Of a stretch of 64,000 nt of DNA, positions 1 to 8,236 are shown in pieces. Position 1 is the stretch's first letter, and each line of letters opens with the position of its first letter. A model generated the notes under the pieces. The model ran no database searches and was not told where the DNA came from. It saw nothing but the letters and a program-made list of their open reading frames with translations. Where the stretch lies: contig CAWJPQ010000002.1 in the NCBI GenBank assembly GCA_963844825.1, positions 202,322 through 266,321 on the forward strand, written 5' to 3'. Both the position numbers and the translations under genes were made by a program. This stretch comes from an uncultured Gammaproteobacteria bacterium (lineage in GTDB: Bacteria; Pseudomonadota; Gammaproteobacteria; CAWJPQ01).

Positions 1-396
1 CCATGACTCGCCGGTGAGGTCAGTGTGCTCGTCGCGCACCAGCCCGCCGGGATCCCGCTGCTCGCGGCGCACGCGAAAGGCGCCCGGATAGAGAATGACC
101 TCGCGCCAGCCGTCGTAGTAGTCCAGCCCCAGGTGCAGGACCAGCAGGCAGGCCTGGGCGGCCACGGCGACCTGCATCGGCGCACTCACCTCCAGTCCCT
201 GCGCCCCGCTGAAGGACTTGCGATGCACGAACAACGTGGTCAGCTCACGCAGGTGCGCCAGCTGCACGGCGTCCAGGCCTTGCAGGGCCAGGGCCCGGCG
301 CGCCACCCCCTGCCACGCCTCGTGGGGCAGGGGGTGGCGCCGGAGGATGCGCCGGATACGCCAGTGGCGAAGGTATTGTCCCAGGCCGATCGTCAT
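1..396 (-). CDS. mtfA: MtfA-like M90 zinc peptidase (Mlc titration factor A family). Only the N-terminal 132 codons are present; the rest lies beyond the left edge.
   Basis: Own minus-strand translation from ATG 396-394 gives MTIGLGQYLRHWRIRR...LHLGLDYYDGWREVILYPGAFRV...DLTGESW. This is collinear with the LGLEWLDGFHEVLIYPAPF and QSGQSW blocks I recall from E. coli MtfA. It is absent from the ORF track because it runs off the window. Confidence 0.7.
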   Translation of the reverse strand, partial: MTIGLGQYLRHWRIRRILRRHPLPHEAWQGVARRALALQGLDAVQLAHLRELTTLFVHRKSFSGAQGLEVSAPMQVAVAAQACLLVLHLGLDYYDGWREVILYPGAFRVRREQRDPGGLVRDEHTDLTGESW

Positions 397-827
397 ATTC
401 GATTTCCTTCCAACTGTGCACTGATCGCCGGGTGCCCCATGGGGCCCGACCCGCTAACCTCGGGAACGATAACAGGAATTCAGGCAACCCATGCAGGGGC
501 GGGCATTTTTGTATATATTGGGTAATCGCTACAATATGCCCCGTGCAACCCCGTCCGGCCCCACGTCTTTCCTGAGACAGCCCCGGCCGGGGGCGCACGC
601 GCCGCCCCCGCGGTGACGCATTACGTAAATATGTACTGATTGACAGAATCTTGGTCATTCCCAGCTGTCTCAACAGTTCGAGGTACGCCGCGCATACCGG
701 CCCGGCCTGCGCCTGCGCGGCAGGGGCGGATCTCAAGCCGGAAAAATCCGGGGCCATGGAATGATGCGGCAAGCCCCGTTTCGATGGGGTCGTCCCCGGG
801 ACCCTGCACCCACCCTGACAACCCAAT

Positions 828-1499
828 TTGAAAGAGACGCTCGATATGCATGACATTGACAAGGCCTGGAGCACACTGCAGTTCGGCGGCCCCATGGTCT
901 ATCCCCTGTTGATCCTGGCCATCGTCACCCTCGCCATCCTGCTGGACAAGACCTATGTGTACTGGTACTACACCCGCCCGCCCAAGGCCCTGCTGCGCCT
1001 GGCGCAGAATCACGCCTCCGGCTGGGACGCCCTGGAGAGCCAGGTGGCGGCACTCAACCCCCACCACCACTTCGCCCGCTTCCTGGGCGTAATCCTGCAG
1101 CACCGCGACGGACCGGCCTGGTGGACCGAGTCCCGGGCCGGCGACGAGGCCCAGACCATCGAAGGGGCCCTGGGGCGCGGGCTTTGGATCCTCGAGACCA
1201 CCGTGACGGCGGCCCCGCTGCTGGGACTGCTGGGGACCATCTTCGGCATGATGGACGCCTTTCAACTGATCGGCAGCAAGGGACTGGTGGATCCGAAAGG
1301 CGTGACCTCGGGCGTCGCCGAGGCCCTGATCGCCACCGCCCTGGGCCTGCTTATCGCCCTGGTGGCCCTGTTCGGCTTCAATCTATTCTCACGCCTGCAG
1401 TCGCGCACCCTGGACCAGATGGAGCGCATCGGCACCCGCCTGGTGGACCGGGTGCGGCTCAACGGCGCCCCGGACGAGGCCGGCCATGAAGCTGCGTAG
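828..1499 (+). CDS. exbB: MotA/TolQ/ExbB family proton-channel protein (ExbB of a TonB system)
   Basis: 223-aa ORF with the family signature AAPLLGLLGTIFGMMDAF and GVAEALIATALGLLIALVALFGFNLF. It is followed by overlapping exbD and tonB. The start may be TTG 828 or ATG 846. Confidence 0.85.
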   Translation: MKETLDMHDIDKAWSTLQFGGPMVYPLLILAIVTLAILLDKTYVYWYYTRPPKALLRLAQNHASGWDALESQVAALNPHHHFARFLGVILQHRDGPAWWTESRAGDEAQTIEGALGRGLWILETTVTAAPLLGLLGTIFGMMDAFQLIGSKGLVDPKGVTSGVAEALIATALGLLIALVALFGFNLFSRLQSRTLDQMERIGTRLVDRVRLNGAPDEAGHEAA

Positions 1500-1887
1500 A
1501 TCCCGGGAGTATCGTCGCGGGCGCATCGAGATCATCCCCATGATCGACGTGATGTTCTTTCTCCTGGCGACCTTCATGCTCGCCTCCCTGTCCATGCAGA
1601 ACATCCACTCACTGACGGTCGACCTGCCCAAGGGCAAAGCGGCCGCCACCCATCCCCGGGAGCCCGTGACCCTCACCGTCACCCGCAAGGGCGAACTGTA
1701 TCTCAATCACACCCGCGTGACCCTGGACACCCTGACCGCCACCCTCAAACCCATGCTCAAAGACCACGAGGGGGCGGTCATCGTCAATGCCGACCAGGGC
1801 GCCCTTAACGGGACGGTGGTCCAGGCCATGCTCAAGGCCCGTCAGGCCGGCGCGGCCCGCCTGCTGATCGCCGTCAAGCGCCCATGA
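1486..1887 (+). CDS. exbD: ExbD/TolR biopolymer transport protein
   Basis: 133 aa. The N-terminal anchor RRGRIEIIPMIDVMFFLLATFML is typical of ExbD/TolR. It overlaps exbB by 14 nt. Confidence 0.85.
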   Translation: MKLRRSREYRRGRIEIIPMIDVMFFLLATFMLASLSMQNIHSLTVDLPKGKAAATHPREPVTLTVTRKGELYLNHTRVTLDTLTATLKPMLKDHEGAVIVNADQGALNGTVVQAMLKARQAGAARLLIAVKRP

Positions 1888-2828
1888 GCCAGGCGAGCCT
1901 GTGGGGCGCCTTCACCCCGGACGACCCCTCGCGGCGCCTGCCATGGGTATTGCCCGCCGCCGTGCTGCTGGTGCTGCTGGCGTTCCTGGGCATGGGGCAT
2001 GTGATGCAGCGCCCGGCAACGCCTGAGGCGAAGCCCAAACCCATGGAGACGCAGATTTACGAGCTGCCTGACTCGCCCGGCTCGCTGCCCGCCACATCCA
2101 AGGGCCGCAAGCCCTCGTCTCAGGCCGCCAGGCCCTCGGCCAAGACCGGCCAGCCGGGGACCGTCAAGGCCCGACCGACACCCCACCCCGCCACACCGCC
2201 CTCCCCGGCCACCGGCAAGGCCGGCGGCGGCCGTCACCCCCCGGCCAAGGCCGAGCGCTCGCCGGCCGGTCAGCCCACGACGCCCCCGCAGACCAAGGCC
2301 GGCCAGCCGCAACCCGCGGACAACGGCCCGGCCCCCGCCGAATCACCGCCCAAGGCGCCCCCGCAATCACCCCCCAAACTCGACTGGTCGACGCTGCGCG
2401 CCTCGGTCAATTCCGCCGTGGCACAGAGCGCCGCCCGCGCCGACGCCGCTGACCCCCGCCCCGAGAGCGAGCCCGCCGACAGTCAGGCCTCCCTGCCCAA
2501 CGTGCACGACCCCCATACCCTGGTGGCCCGCTACTACATCGCCTCACTGCTGCGAAAGCTGCAGCGGGTCGGCGACATGAATTACCCCACCGACCAGATC
2601 GGCACGCCCATCCTGCGCCTGGTGGTGGGGACCCAGGGCGAGCTGCAACACGTCTCCCTGGTGCAGTCGTCCGGCAACGACACCCTGGACCGCAACGCCG
2701 TGCAGATCGCACGCCAGTCCGCCCCCTTCCCCCCGTTCCCCGACTCCCTCAAACGCAAGACCTCACACATCGTACTCATCTGCCACATGAGCTTCGAAGG
2801 CTACCGGCAGATAAACCCCTCGTTCTGA
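1884..2828 (+). CDS. tonB: TonB family energy transducer
   Basis: 314 aa with an N-terminal TM anchor and a long Pro/Lys/Ala-rich spacer. The C-terminal TonB domain reads YPTDQIGTPILRLVVGTQGELQHVSLVQSSGNDTLDRNAVQIARQSAPFPPFP. ATGA overlap with exbD. Confidence 0.8.
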   Translation: MSQASLWGAFTPDDPSRRLPWVLPAAVLLVLLAFLGMGHVMQRPATPEAKPKPMETQIYELPDSPGSLPATSKGRKPSSQAARPSAKTGQPGTVKARPTPHPATPPSPATGKAGGGRHPPAKAERSPAGQPTTPPQTKAGQPQPADNGPAPAESPPKAPPQSPPKLDWSTLRASVNSAVAQSAARADAADPRPESEPADSQASLPNVHDPHTLVARYYIASLLRKLQRVGDMNYPTDQIGTPILRLVVGTQGELQHVSLVQSSGNDTLDRNAVQIARQSAPFPPFPDSLKRKTSHIVLICHMSFEGYRQINPSF

Positions 2829-2991
2829 GAGTCGCCCATACCCCGGTCTTGACTTGACTCCAGGCAGCCGGCCGGCGACACCTGTCAAATTGGCCGCAAG
2901 GCGGAGGCACCCCCCTTACAGGGCCTTTTTATACATATTTAATACATTTTTATCCAGACCGTCACGCGCGACTCAAGGCTCGCATATTTTC

Positions 2992-3019
2992 TTGACAGTG
3001 TCCCGTATCGTGTAATAAT
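2992..3019 (+). promoter_or_regulatory. Candidate sigma70 promoter of the MCO-cytochrome-nirK operon
   Basis: TTGACA (2992-2997), a 16-nt spacer ending in TGt, then AATAAT (3014-3019, extended -10 type). It lies in an AT-rich intergenic region about 115 nt upstream of the ATG at 3133. Confidence 0.45.
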
Positions 3020-3037
3020 GTATTTCGTATGCATTAT
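3015..3037 (+). promoter_or_regulatory. Inverted repeat ATGTAT-N5-ATGCAT overlapping the -10/+1 region; candidate NsrR (Rrf2-type) operator
   Basis: TAATGTAT ttcgt ATGCATTA at 3016-3036, with 7 of 8 arm positions complementary. The core spacing matches the ATGCAT-N5-ATGCAT layout of the NsrR 11-1-11 consensus. Confidence 0.35.
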
Positions 3038-3132
3038 TGATGAAATCATATTCAGGGAAATTAAGACGCGGATTAAAACGCAGACTGAAGCTTGGCTGCG
3101 CCGCGCCCCACGAACCAACGACAGGAGGGTCC

Positions 3133-4242
3133 ATGATGAGAGCCATTCGGCACACCGGGCGCGAGGCGCCCCTTGCGCGCTACCTCGCAGCGGCCATAGC
3201 GGCCGCCACGATCCTTGCCCTGTGGACGGACAGCTCGGCCTTCGCCGCCAAGCGCGAATTCAGCATGACCATCGAGGAGGTCAAGATCCAGGTCGCACCG
3301 GGCCTGAAATACAATGTCTTCGCCTTCGACGGGCAGGTCCCCGGCCCTCTCATCCACGTCCGACAGGGCGATGACGTCACGGTCCATGTCACCAACAACA
3401 CCTCCCTGCCGCACACCATCCACTGGCACGGTTTTTACCAGACCGACAATTGGCGCAACGACGGCGTACCGGCCATCTCTCAGCCCGGGCCGGGCATTCA
3501 GCCGGGCGACACCTATACCTATCACTGGACGGCCGAGAAACCCGGCACCATGTGGTACCACTGCCACGTCAACACCAACGAGCACGTGGGCATCCGGGGG
3601 ATGTGGGGCCCCATCGTCATCGACCCCAAGGAGCCCTCGGCATTGGAGAAAAAGGTCACCAAGGACGTGATCATGATGCTGAGCGGCTGGGAGTCCAAGT
3701 ACGCCGATACCTACGGAAAAGGCGGCAAGCCCACCGACCCGGACGATTACTTCTCGATCAACGCCAAGTCCTTTCCTACCGATCAACCCATACGGGTGCA
3801 AAAGGGCGATGTGCTGCGCATACGCTTCATCGGCGCGGGTAACAATCTCCATGCCATGCACAGCCACGGTCACGACATGCTGGTCGCCTTCCGGGACGGC
3901 CTGCAGCTGAAAGATCCTTATCCTGTGGACACCCAGCTCGTCTACCCGGGCTCCCACAACGACGTGATCATGTACATGAACAACTCCGGGCGGTTCATCT
4001 TCCATGATCACATAGACACCCACTCCACCAACGGGGGCAAGTACCCGGGAGGCGCCGTGACGATCATCGAGTACACGGACTCCAACCCCAAGGACGACTG
4101 GTATGTATGGAAGAACAAGAAATACGACCCCGACTTCTTTTACACCCAATCCATGAAGAAGGGCTACGGCAAGTTCGATCACGCGGCCTTCAGGGGCACC
4201 CCGCTGACCAGCAGACGCCGCCACCACGGGAGGAGACACTAA
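3133..4242 (+). CDS. Secreted multicopper oxidase (two-cupredoxin type; ncgA-like by synteny)
   Basis: AGGAGGG RBS at 3124-3130 and ATG 3133, followed by a signal peptide. Copper-ligand blocks HTIHWHG, WYHCH, HAMHSHGH and FHDHIDTH are present. Confidence 0.85.
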   Translation: MMRAIRHTGREAPLARYLAAAIAAATILALWTDSSAFAAKREFSMTIEEVKIQVAPGLKYNVFAFDGQVPGPLIHVRQGDDVTVHVTNNTSLPHTIHWHGFYQTDNWRNDGVPAISQPGPGIQPGDTYTYHWTAEKPGTMWYHCHVNTNEHVGIRGMWGPIVIDPKEPSALEKKVTKDVIMMLSGWESKYADTYGKGGKPTDPDDYFSINAKSFPTDQPIRVQKGDVLRIRFIGAGNNLHAMHSHGHDMLVAFRDGLQLKDPYPVDTQLVYPGSHNDVIMYMNNSGRFIFHDHIDTHSTNGGKYPGGAVTIIEYTDSNPKDDWYVWKNKKYDPDFFYTQSMKKGYGKFDHAAFRGTPLTSRRRHHGRRH

Positions 4243-4955
4243 TGAAGACGAAGGCCCTGATACTACTGCTCGGCGCGGCGCTGCTGACCGCATCGGGCGT
4301 TGCCGCGGCCGCCGACGGCAAGGCAATCCTCGAGAAACAGTGCGCCGGCTGCCACAACCTGACGGGCCCGGCCCCCACAACGCTGCAGGGGGTCTGGGAG
4401 CGCAAGGGGCCGGACCTGTTCTACGCCGGGAACAAGTACCGCCACGACTGGATCGTCGAGTGGCTTCAGCACCCCACCCGCATCCGCCCGGCCGGGATGT
4501 ACTACGGCAATCACATCAAGTCCGGGGTCGACGGCAAGGACGTCATTGACAAGCCCACCCTGGTCACGCACCCCACCTTGTCCTCGGGAGACGCAAAGGC
4601 GGTCGCCGACACGCTCATGACCTTCAAGGCCAAGAGTAACCTGATCAAGCCCGGCGAATACAAGCCGGGGACCATGTCCCTGACGTTCGGTGATCTGATG
4701 TTCGACAAATTCAAGGGCTGTATCGCCTGTCACCGCAGTGATCCCGACTACGGCGGACTGTCAGGGCCGGAAGTCTATACGGCGGCGGTTCGCCTGCAAG
4801 ACGACTATATGATCAGCTACATGCGCAACCCCCAGGCGTGGGACCCGCGCAGCTTCATGCCGGCACGGCACCTCAGCGAGCAGGACCTGCAGAAGTTCGT
4901 TCGCTACTTCCACGGCCTGTACGAGGCCGAGTCCAAGGAGACGTCCGATGAGTAG
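4242..4955 (+). CDS. Periplasmic diheme c-type cytochrome (ncgB-like by synteny)
   Basis: TAATG overlap with the MCO stop. Signal peptide MKTKALILLLGAALLTASGVAAA. Two heme-binding motifs, CAGCH and CIACH. 237 aa. Confidence 0.75.
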   Translation: MKTKALILLLGAALLTASGVAAAADGKAILEKQCAGCHNLTGPAPTTLQGVWERKGPDLFYAGNKYRHDWIVEWLQHPTRIRPAGMYYGNHIKSGVDGKDVIDKPTLVTHPTLSSGDAKAVADTLMTFKAKSNLIKPGEYKPGTMSLTFGDLMFDKFKGCIACHRSDPDYGGLSGPEVYTAAVRLQDDYMISYMRNPQAWDPRSFMPARHLSEQDLQKFVRYFHGLYEAESKETSDE

Positions 4956-5331
4956 GACCAACAAGACCCTCTTGATGATCGCGGGCACCGTCGCCCTGAG
5001 CACCGGCATCATGACGAGCGGATACGCCGCCGAGCCGGGTGCGGATCTGTACAAGACCTACTGCTGGCAGTGCCACGGATCCCACGGCAACGGCAAGGGC
5101 ATCAATGCCGGGGACAACATGTCGGTGGGCCCCCGCAATCACACCGACGCCGAATATATGAGCGGGCGCACCGACGCGGAGCTGTTCAAGGCCATCAAGG
5201 ACGGCGGGCCGGCGGTGAACAAGTCCGTGCTCATGCCCCCCTGGGGCGGCGTCCTCACTGACGATGAGATACATGCGCTCGTGCGTCACCTGAGGGTGCT
5301 GTGCAAGTGCAAGTACGGATCCGCCTCATGA
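4948..5331 (+). CDS. Monoheme class I c-type cytochrome (ncgC-like by synteny)
   Basis: 127 aa with a signal peptide, a single CWQCH motif and a distal Met region VLMPPWG. It overlaps the previous gene by 8 nt. Confidence 0.8.
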   Translation: MSRTNKTLLMIAGTVALSTGIMTSGYAAEPGADLYKTYCWQCHGSHGNGKGINAGDNMSVGPRNHTDAEYMSGRTDAELFKAIKDGGPAVNKSVLMPPWGGVLTDDEIHALVRHLRVLCKCKYGSAS

Positions 5332-5417
5332 GGGACCAGGCGGCAACGGAGGCTCACGGAGCGAGCCCGAACCAACCCTTGGCGAACATGCCAATTTACA
5401 GCGAGCGAGGTAGAGAA

Positions 5418-6386
5418 ATGAACGGAAAATTCGGAAAATCGGTGCTGCGCACCGCCACCCTGGGACTGGGGCTCGTGGGCGTGTTGCTCATGGGGACCCA
5501 GAGCGCCATGGCGAAGACGGTGCACGTCACCCTGACGGCCAAGGAGACCACCGTCAAGATCGACAACAAGGGGACCGAATACCCTGCCTGGACCTACGGC
5601 GGTCACATACCGGGACCCGTGGTGCGCGTCCGCCAGGGGGACACGGTGGATTTCAAACTGATCAACCCGTCCACCAACAAAAACTCCCATTCCATCGACT
5701 TTCATGCCGCCCAGGTGGACGTCCTCAAGGAATTCGCACCCATCAAGCCGGGGCACACCAAGCACTTCACGTTCGTCGCCCACTATCCGGGCGCCTTCAT
5801 GTATCACTGCGGGGCCCCCACCATGGCCCAGCACATCGCCCGCGGCATGTATGGGATCATCATTGTCGATCCCAAAAACGGCTACAGCAAGCGATTCCCC
5901 AAACCGGACCGCGAGTATGTCCTGATCGAGGGGCAGTATTTCCCCAATGCCGATGACGCGACAGCCATGATCGAGAACAAGGGCTGGGCGGGCACCCTGA
6001 TCAACGGCAAGATGTTCCACTACGACCCCGTGCACGACCCCAACGCCAGCCTGGCACTGCAGTCCAAGCCCGGCGAGCGGGTCAGGATCTACTTCGTCAA
6101 CGCCAATATCAACATGCCCGTGGCCTTTCACCCCATCGCCGGAATCTGGGAACGGATGTACGTGGACGGCAATCCCCGGAACGTCCTCTACGGTGTACAG
6201 ACCTACAACGTAGCGGTGGCGGAGGCCGACATATTCGATATCGTCTCCCCCAAGGATCACGACACCAACAACGCCATCGTGGATCACACCATGAGCGCGG
6301 CCATGCGCGGTGCGATCACCGTGTTGATGAACACCTCCGACGCCGACCCCAAGCTCGGAAAAGGTGACAATATCCTGTTGCGGTAA
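5418..6386 (+). CDS. nirK: Copper-containing nitrite reductase
   Basis: ATG 5418 is preceded by GAGG (5407-5410), and a signal peptide follows. The type-1/type-2 Cu and catalytic blocks HSIDFH, YHCGAPTMAQHIARGM, FHPIAG and VDHTM match NirK. Confidence 0.85.
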   Translation: MNGKFGKSVLRTATLGLGLVGVLLMGTQSAMAKTVHVTLTAKETTVKIDNKGTEYPAWTYGGHIPGPVVRVRQGDTVDFKLINPSTNKNSHSIDFHAAQVDVLKEFAPIKPGHTKHFTFVAHYPGAFMYHCGAPTMAQHIARGMYGIIIVDPKNGYSKRFPKPDREYVLIEGQYFPNADDATAMIENKGWAGTLINGKMFHYDPVHDPNASLALQSKPGERVRIYFVNANINMPVAFHPIAGIWERMYVDGNPRNVLYGVQTYNVAVAEADIFDIVSPKDHDTNNAIVDHTMSAAMRGAITVLMNTSDADPKLGKGDNILLR

Positions 6387-6420
6387 CAGTGGCGCAGCAC
6401 CCCTTCTGCAGCCACTGAAT

Positions 6421-6527
6421 TGGGGGGACGCCCGTCCCCCGGGGTATGGTGCAAGGGAATTTAGTTCCGCTTTTTGACCACACCCCATAGGCCGCTACCA
6501 GATGATTGGTAGCGGCTTTTTTTCTGC
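6421..6527. repeat. Left copy of a ~105-bp element present in inverted orientation at 10371-10483
   Basis: The reverse complement aligns with 10371-10483 over the whole length, apart from one ~15-nt insertion. Shared parts are the gccgctacc..ggtagcggc hairpin, ggggtgtggtcaaaaa.cggaact and the ggggacg.ccgtcccc hairpin. Confidence 0.8.
6491..6523 (+). terminator. Rho-independent terminator after nirK
   Basis: 10-bp stem gccgctacca / tggtagcggc, 6-nt loop, then a T7 run. Confidence 0.7.
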
Positions 6528-6801
6528 TCAAAACTTCTAAGCAAATGGTTGGCGAAGACCTTAGACGTCCATTTGCGACGCAACGCAGACCCTTGTTATA
6601 TGCGGATCCCGCTGCCCTCAGGGCCAGAAACGCCAAACGCGTCTGGCTCTACAAGGCCACCAGACAGCGCGATAAACATAAAAAACCCGGAAGAATCAGC
6701 ATCGGCATTTCCATCTTTAATTTTTCTCTACTTGAAATGAAATTCATATCGCCTCCACATTTAGGGTATGGCTCGGCGCTATGTTGTTTTGTCATTTCTC
6801 A

Positions 6802-6882
6802 ATCTAACGCTGCGCGTGAGCGGCGAGCGGAGGCGGCGCGAAGCGCCGACGTAGCGAGTCCGACTCCACGCGCTTGTTAGAC
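6802..6882 (-). repeat. attC-like recombination site (81 bp)
   Basis: The minus strand reads GTCTAAC...GTTAGAT, matching RYYYAAC / GTTRRRY. These are the same terminal boxes as classical aadA-type attC. The arms are complementary with a few unpaired bases. Confidence 0.65.
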
Positions 6883-6946
6883 CGCACTTATCCCACGATA
6901 TGGAGCACCGTATTGCGGGTCATTAGTCCTGAGCACAAAGCGATCA

Positions 6947-8130
6947 TTAGTCTCCCCAATTCATCCAATCAATGGCACTCTCACAGAATCCGTCGCGCCA
7001 GATTCGCGTGCGGCCCGGGTTTAGAAATGGTATTCCCTCCAGTACGTCGCGATCTGAAGCTGCCAGAGTCACTATCTGTAGAGGAGTCCTAGGCTGGCGC
7101 CAATAATTCTTATCTCCTCCAGCTTGATAGTCGAGAATTAATTTCCCAAGCGCCTCATAAGCATAGCTGTCGTATGAAGGCATTGAGTACCCGATCATAA
7201 TAATCGCCGAGAACGACTCCATCGTTCTATGCATGTTGCTCCAAAGCTCTCGAATCGGGTCGTGTCCGAGAATCTTGTCGTAAGCCGGAGGTAACAGGAA
7301 AGGGACTTCAGAAAACGAACCTGACCGAAACGGAAAATACTGCCGATGATTTGGAACGCGGAATACGCGCGAGAGCAGTTCATGGCCGTATTCGCCCTTA
7401 ATTGCGCCTCGATTTAGAGGCTCTATAGGCACCCAAGCGTTTTCTCCAAATAATGGGTCCTTATCAGGTACTTCGGCTCCAGTAGACTTGTAGTAAGCTC
7501 GGCTCTCATCGTAGTACTGTCTGTCGTACCAATCGATTGACCCATGAAGCTTTAATACATCAACAAATTCTGCCTTGTGGTCGCGCGGTCGTTTCCCACG
7601 CTTTTCATCATCTAACCACCACTCTGGCGACAACGAATAAGCGATACCAAGTCGGTCCAACGTGTCTTCTATGACCGTGTCGTAGTTAAAAGTTAACACA
7701 AGGTCATAGGGCGTAAGGTCGGCACAAAATCGCTCATAGAGCCCTTTAGCACTTGCTTCTACATCCTTCGAGAGTATTTCTTGAATAATCGGTCTCGCGG
7801 ATGCGATTGTTCGGCTTCCGTGTTCGAAATATCATCTGATCGAATCAATTTGAGAAAGTGCTTTCTATGGCTGTATGCAAGAACGGATTCTAGAGTTACT
7901 TCGCAATTCGGGTAGAGAGCCGTCCACTCAGATATCTCATTTTCTAGTGGCCCGTCCCAGTCGTATGCCCGGAAATGATCGCGCATTCGAGCCCTCACCA
8001 TTTCGAGCAGCTCGATTCCCAATGGGTGGCCGGCGGGTTTCGAAAAACCAGAGCCGAGGATGAATAAACGAAATCTCGGGAGCGAGGCCGCCAGAGAATC
8101 ATCGGTAATTTCGGAAGTGTCAGTGTTCAA
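6947..8130 (-). CDS. SIR2-like (SIR2_2 family) putative NAD+-consuming protein; interrupted by one single-base frameshift near 7832 as sequenced
   Basis: N-terminal ORF 8130-7759 carries the nucleotide-binding loop FILGSGFSKPAGHPLG. C-terminal ORF 7699-6947 carries LTFNYDTVIED and LKLHGSIDWY, the catalytic Asn and His blocks of SIR2_2. My translation shows the C-terminal frame is open back to about 7831. A 1-nt repair gives one product of about 394 aa. Confidence 0.7.
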
Positions 8131-8134
8131 AGCG

Positions 8135-8233
8135 GTCTAACGCCTGAATTCAGCGGCGTTTGAGGCGACGCCTTTTTTTGCGGCAGCAAAAATGGGTGGC
8201 GGGTCAAACGTCCGCTGCAATGATTTGTTAGAG
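8135..8233 (-). repeat. attC-like recombination site (99 bp)
   Basis: The minus strand reads CTCTAAC...GTTAGAC. Arms aacaaatcattgcagcggacgtttga / tcaaacgccgctgaattcaggcgtt pair with single-base bulges. It begins 4 nt after the stop of the 473-aa ORF and ends 4 nt before the SIR2-like ORF start. Confidence 0.65.
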
Positions 8234-8236
8234 CGC

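Noticed and set aside
3037-3050. TTGATgaaaTCATA as a possible FNR box in the nirK-cluster leader
   Set aside because: The second half-site does not match ATCAA at the canonical N4 spacing, and the site lies downstream of the predicted promoter.
3037-3132. Upstream extension of the MCO ORF (start at 3037)
   Set aside because: The extension covers the promoter and operator region and encodes a basic leader. ATG 3133 has a strong AGGAGGG RBS and is followed directly by a signal peptide.
3073-4380. 435-aa minus-strand ORF opposite the multicopper oxidase. Similar long antisense or out-of-frame ORFs occur at 5286-6488(-), 10632-12656(-), 16514-19333(+), 19158-20945(+), 27081-28145(+), 29327-30328(-) and 40540-41964(+).
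   Set aside because: These are typical GC-rich shadow ORFs. Their composition is Arg/Gly/Ala/Pro-rich with no motifs, and each lies opposite a gene with strong family signatures.
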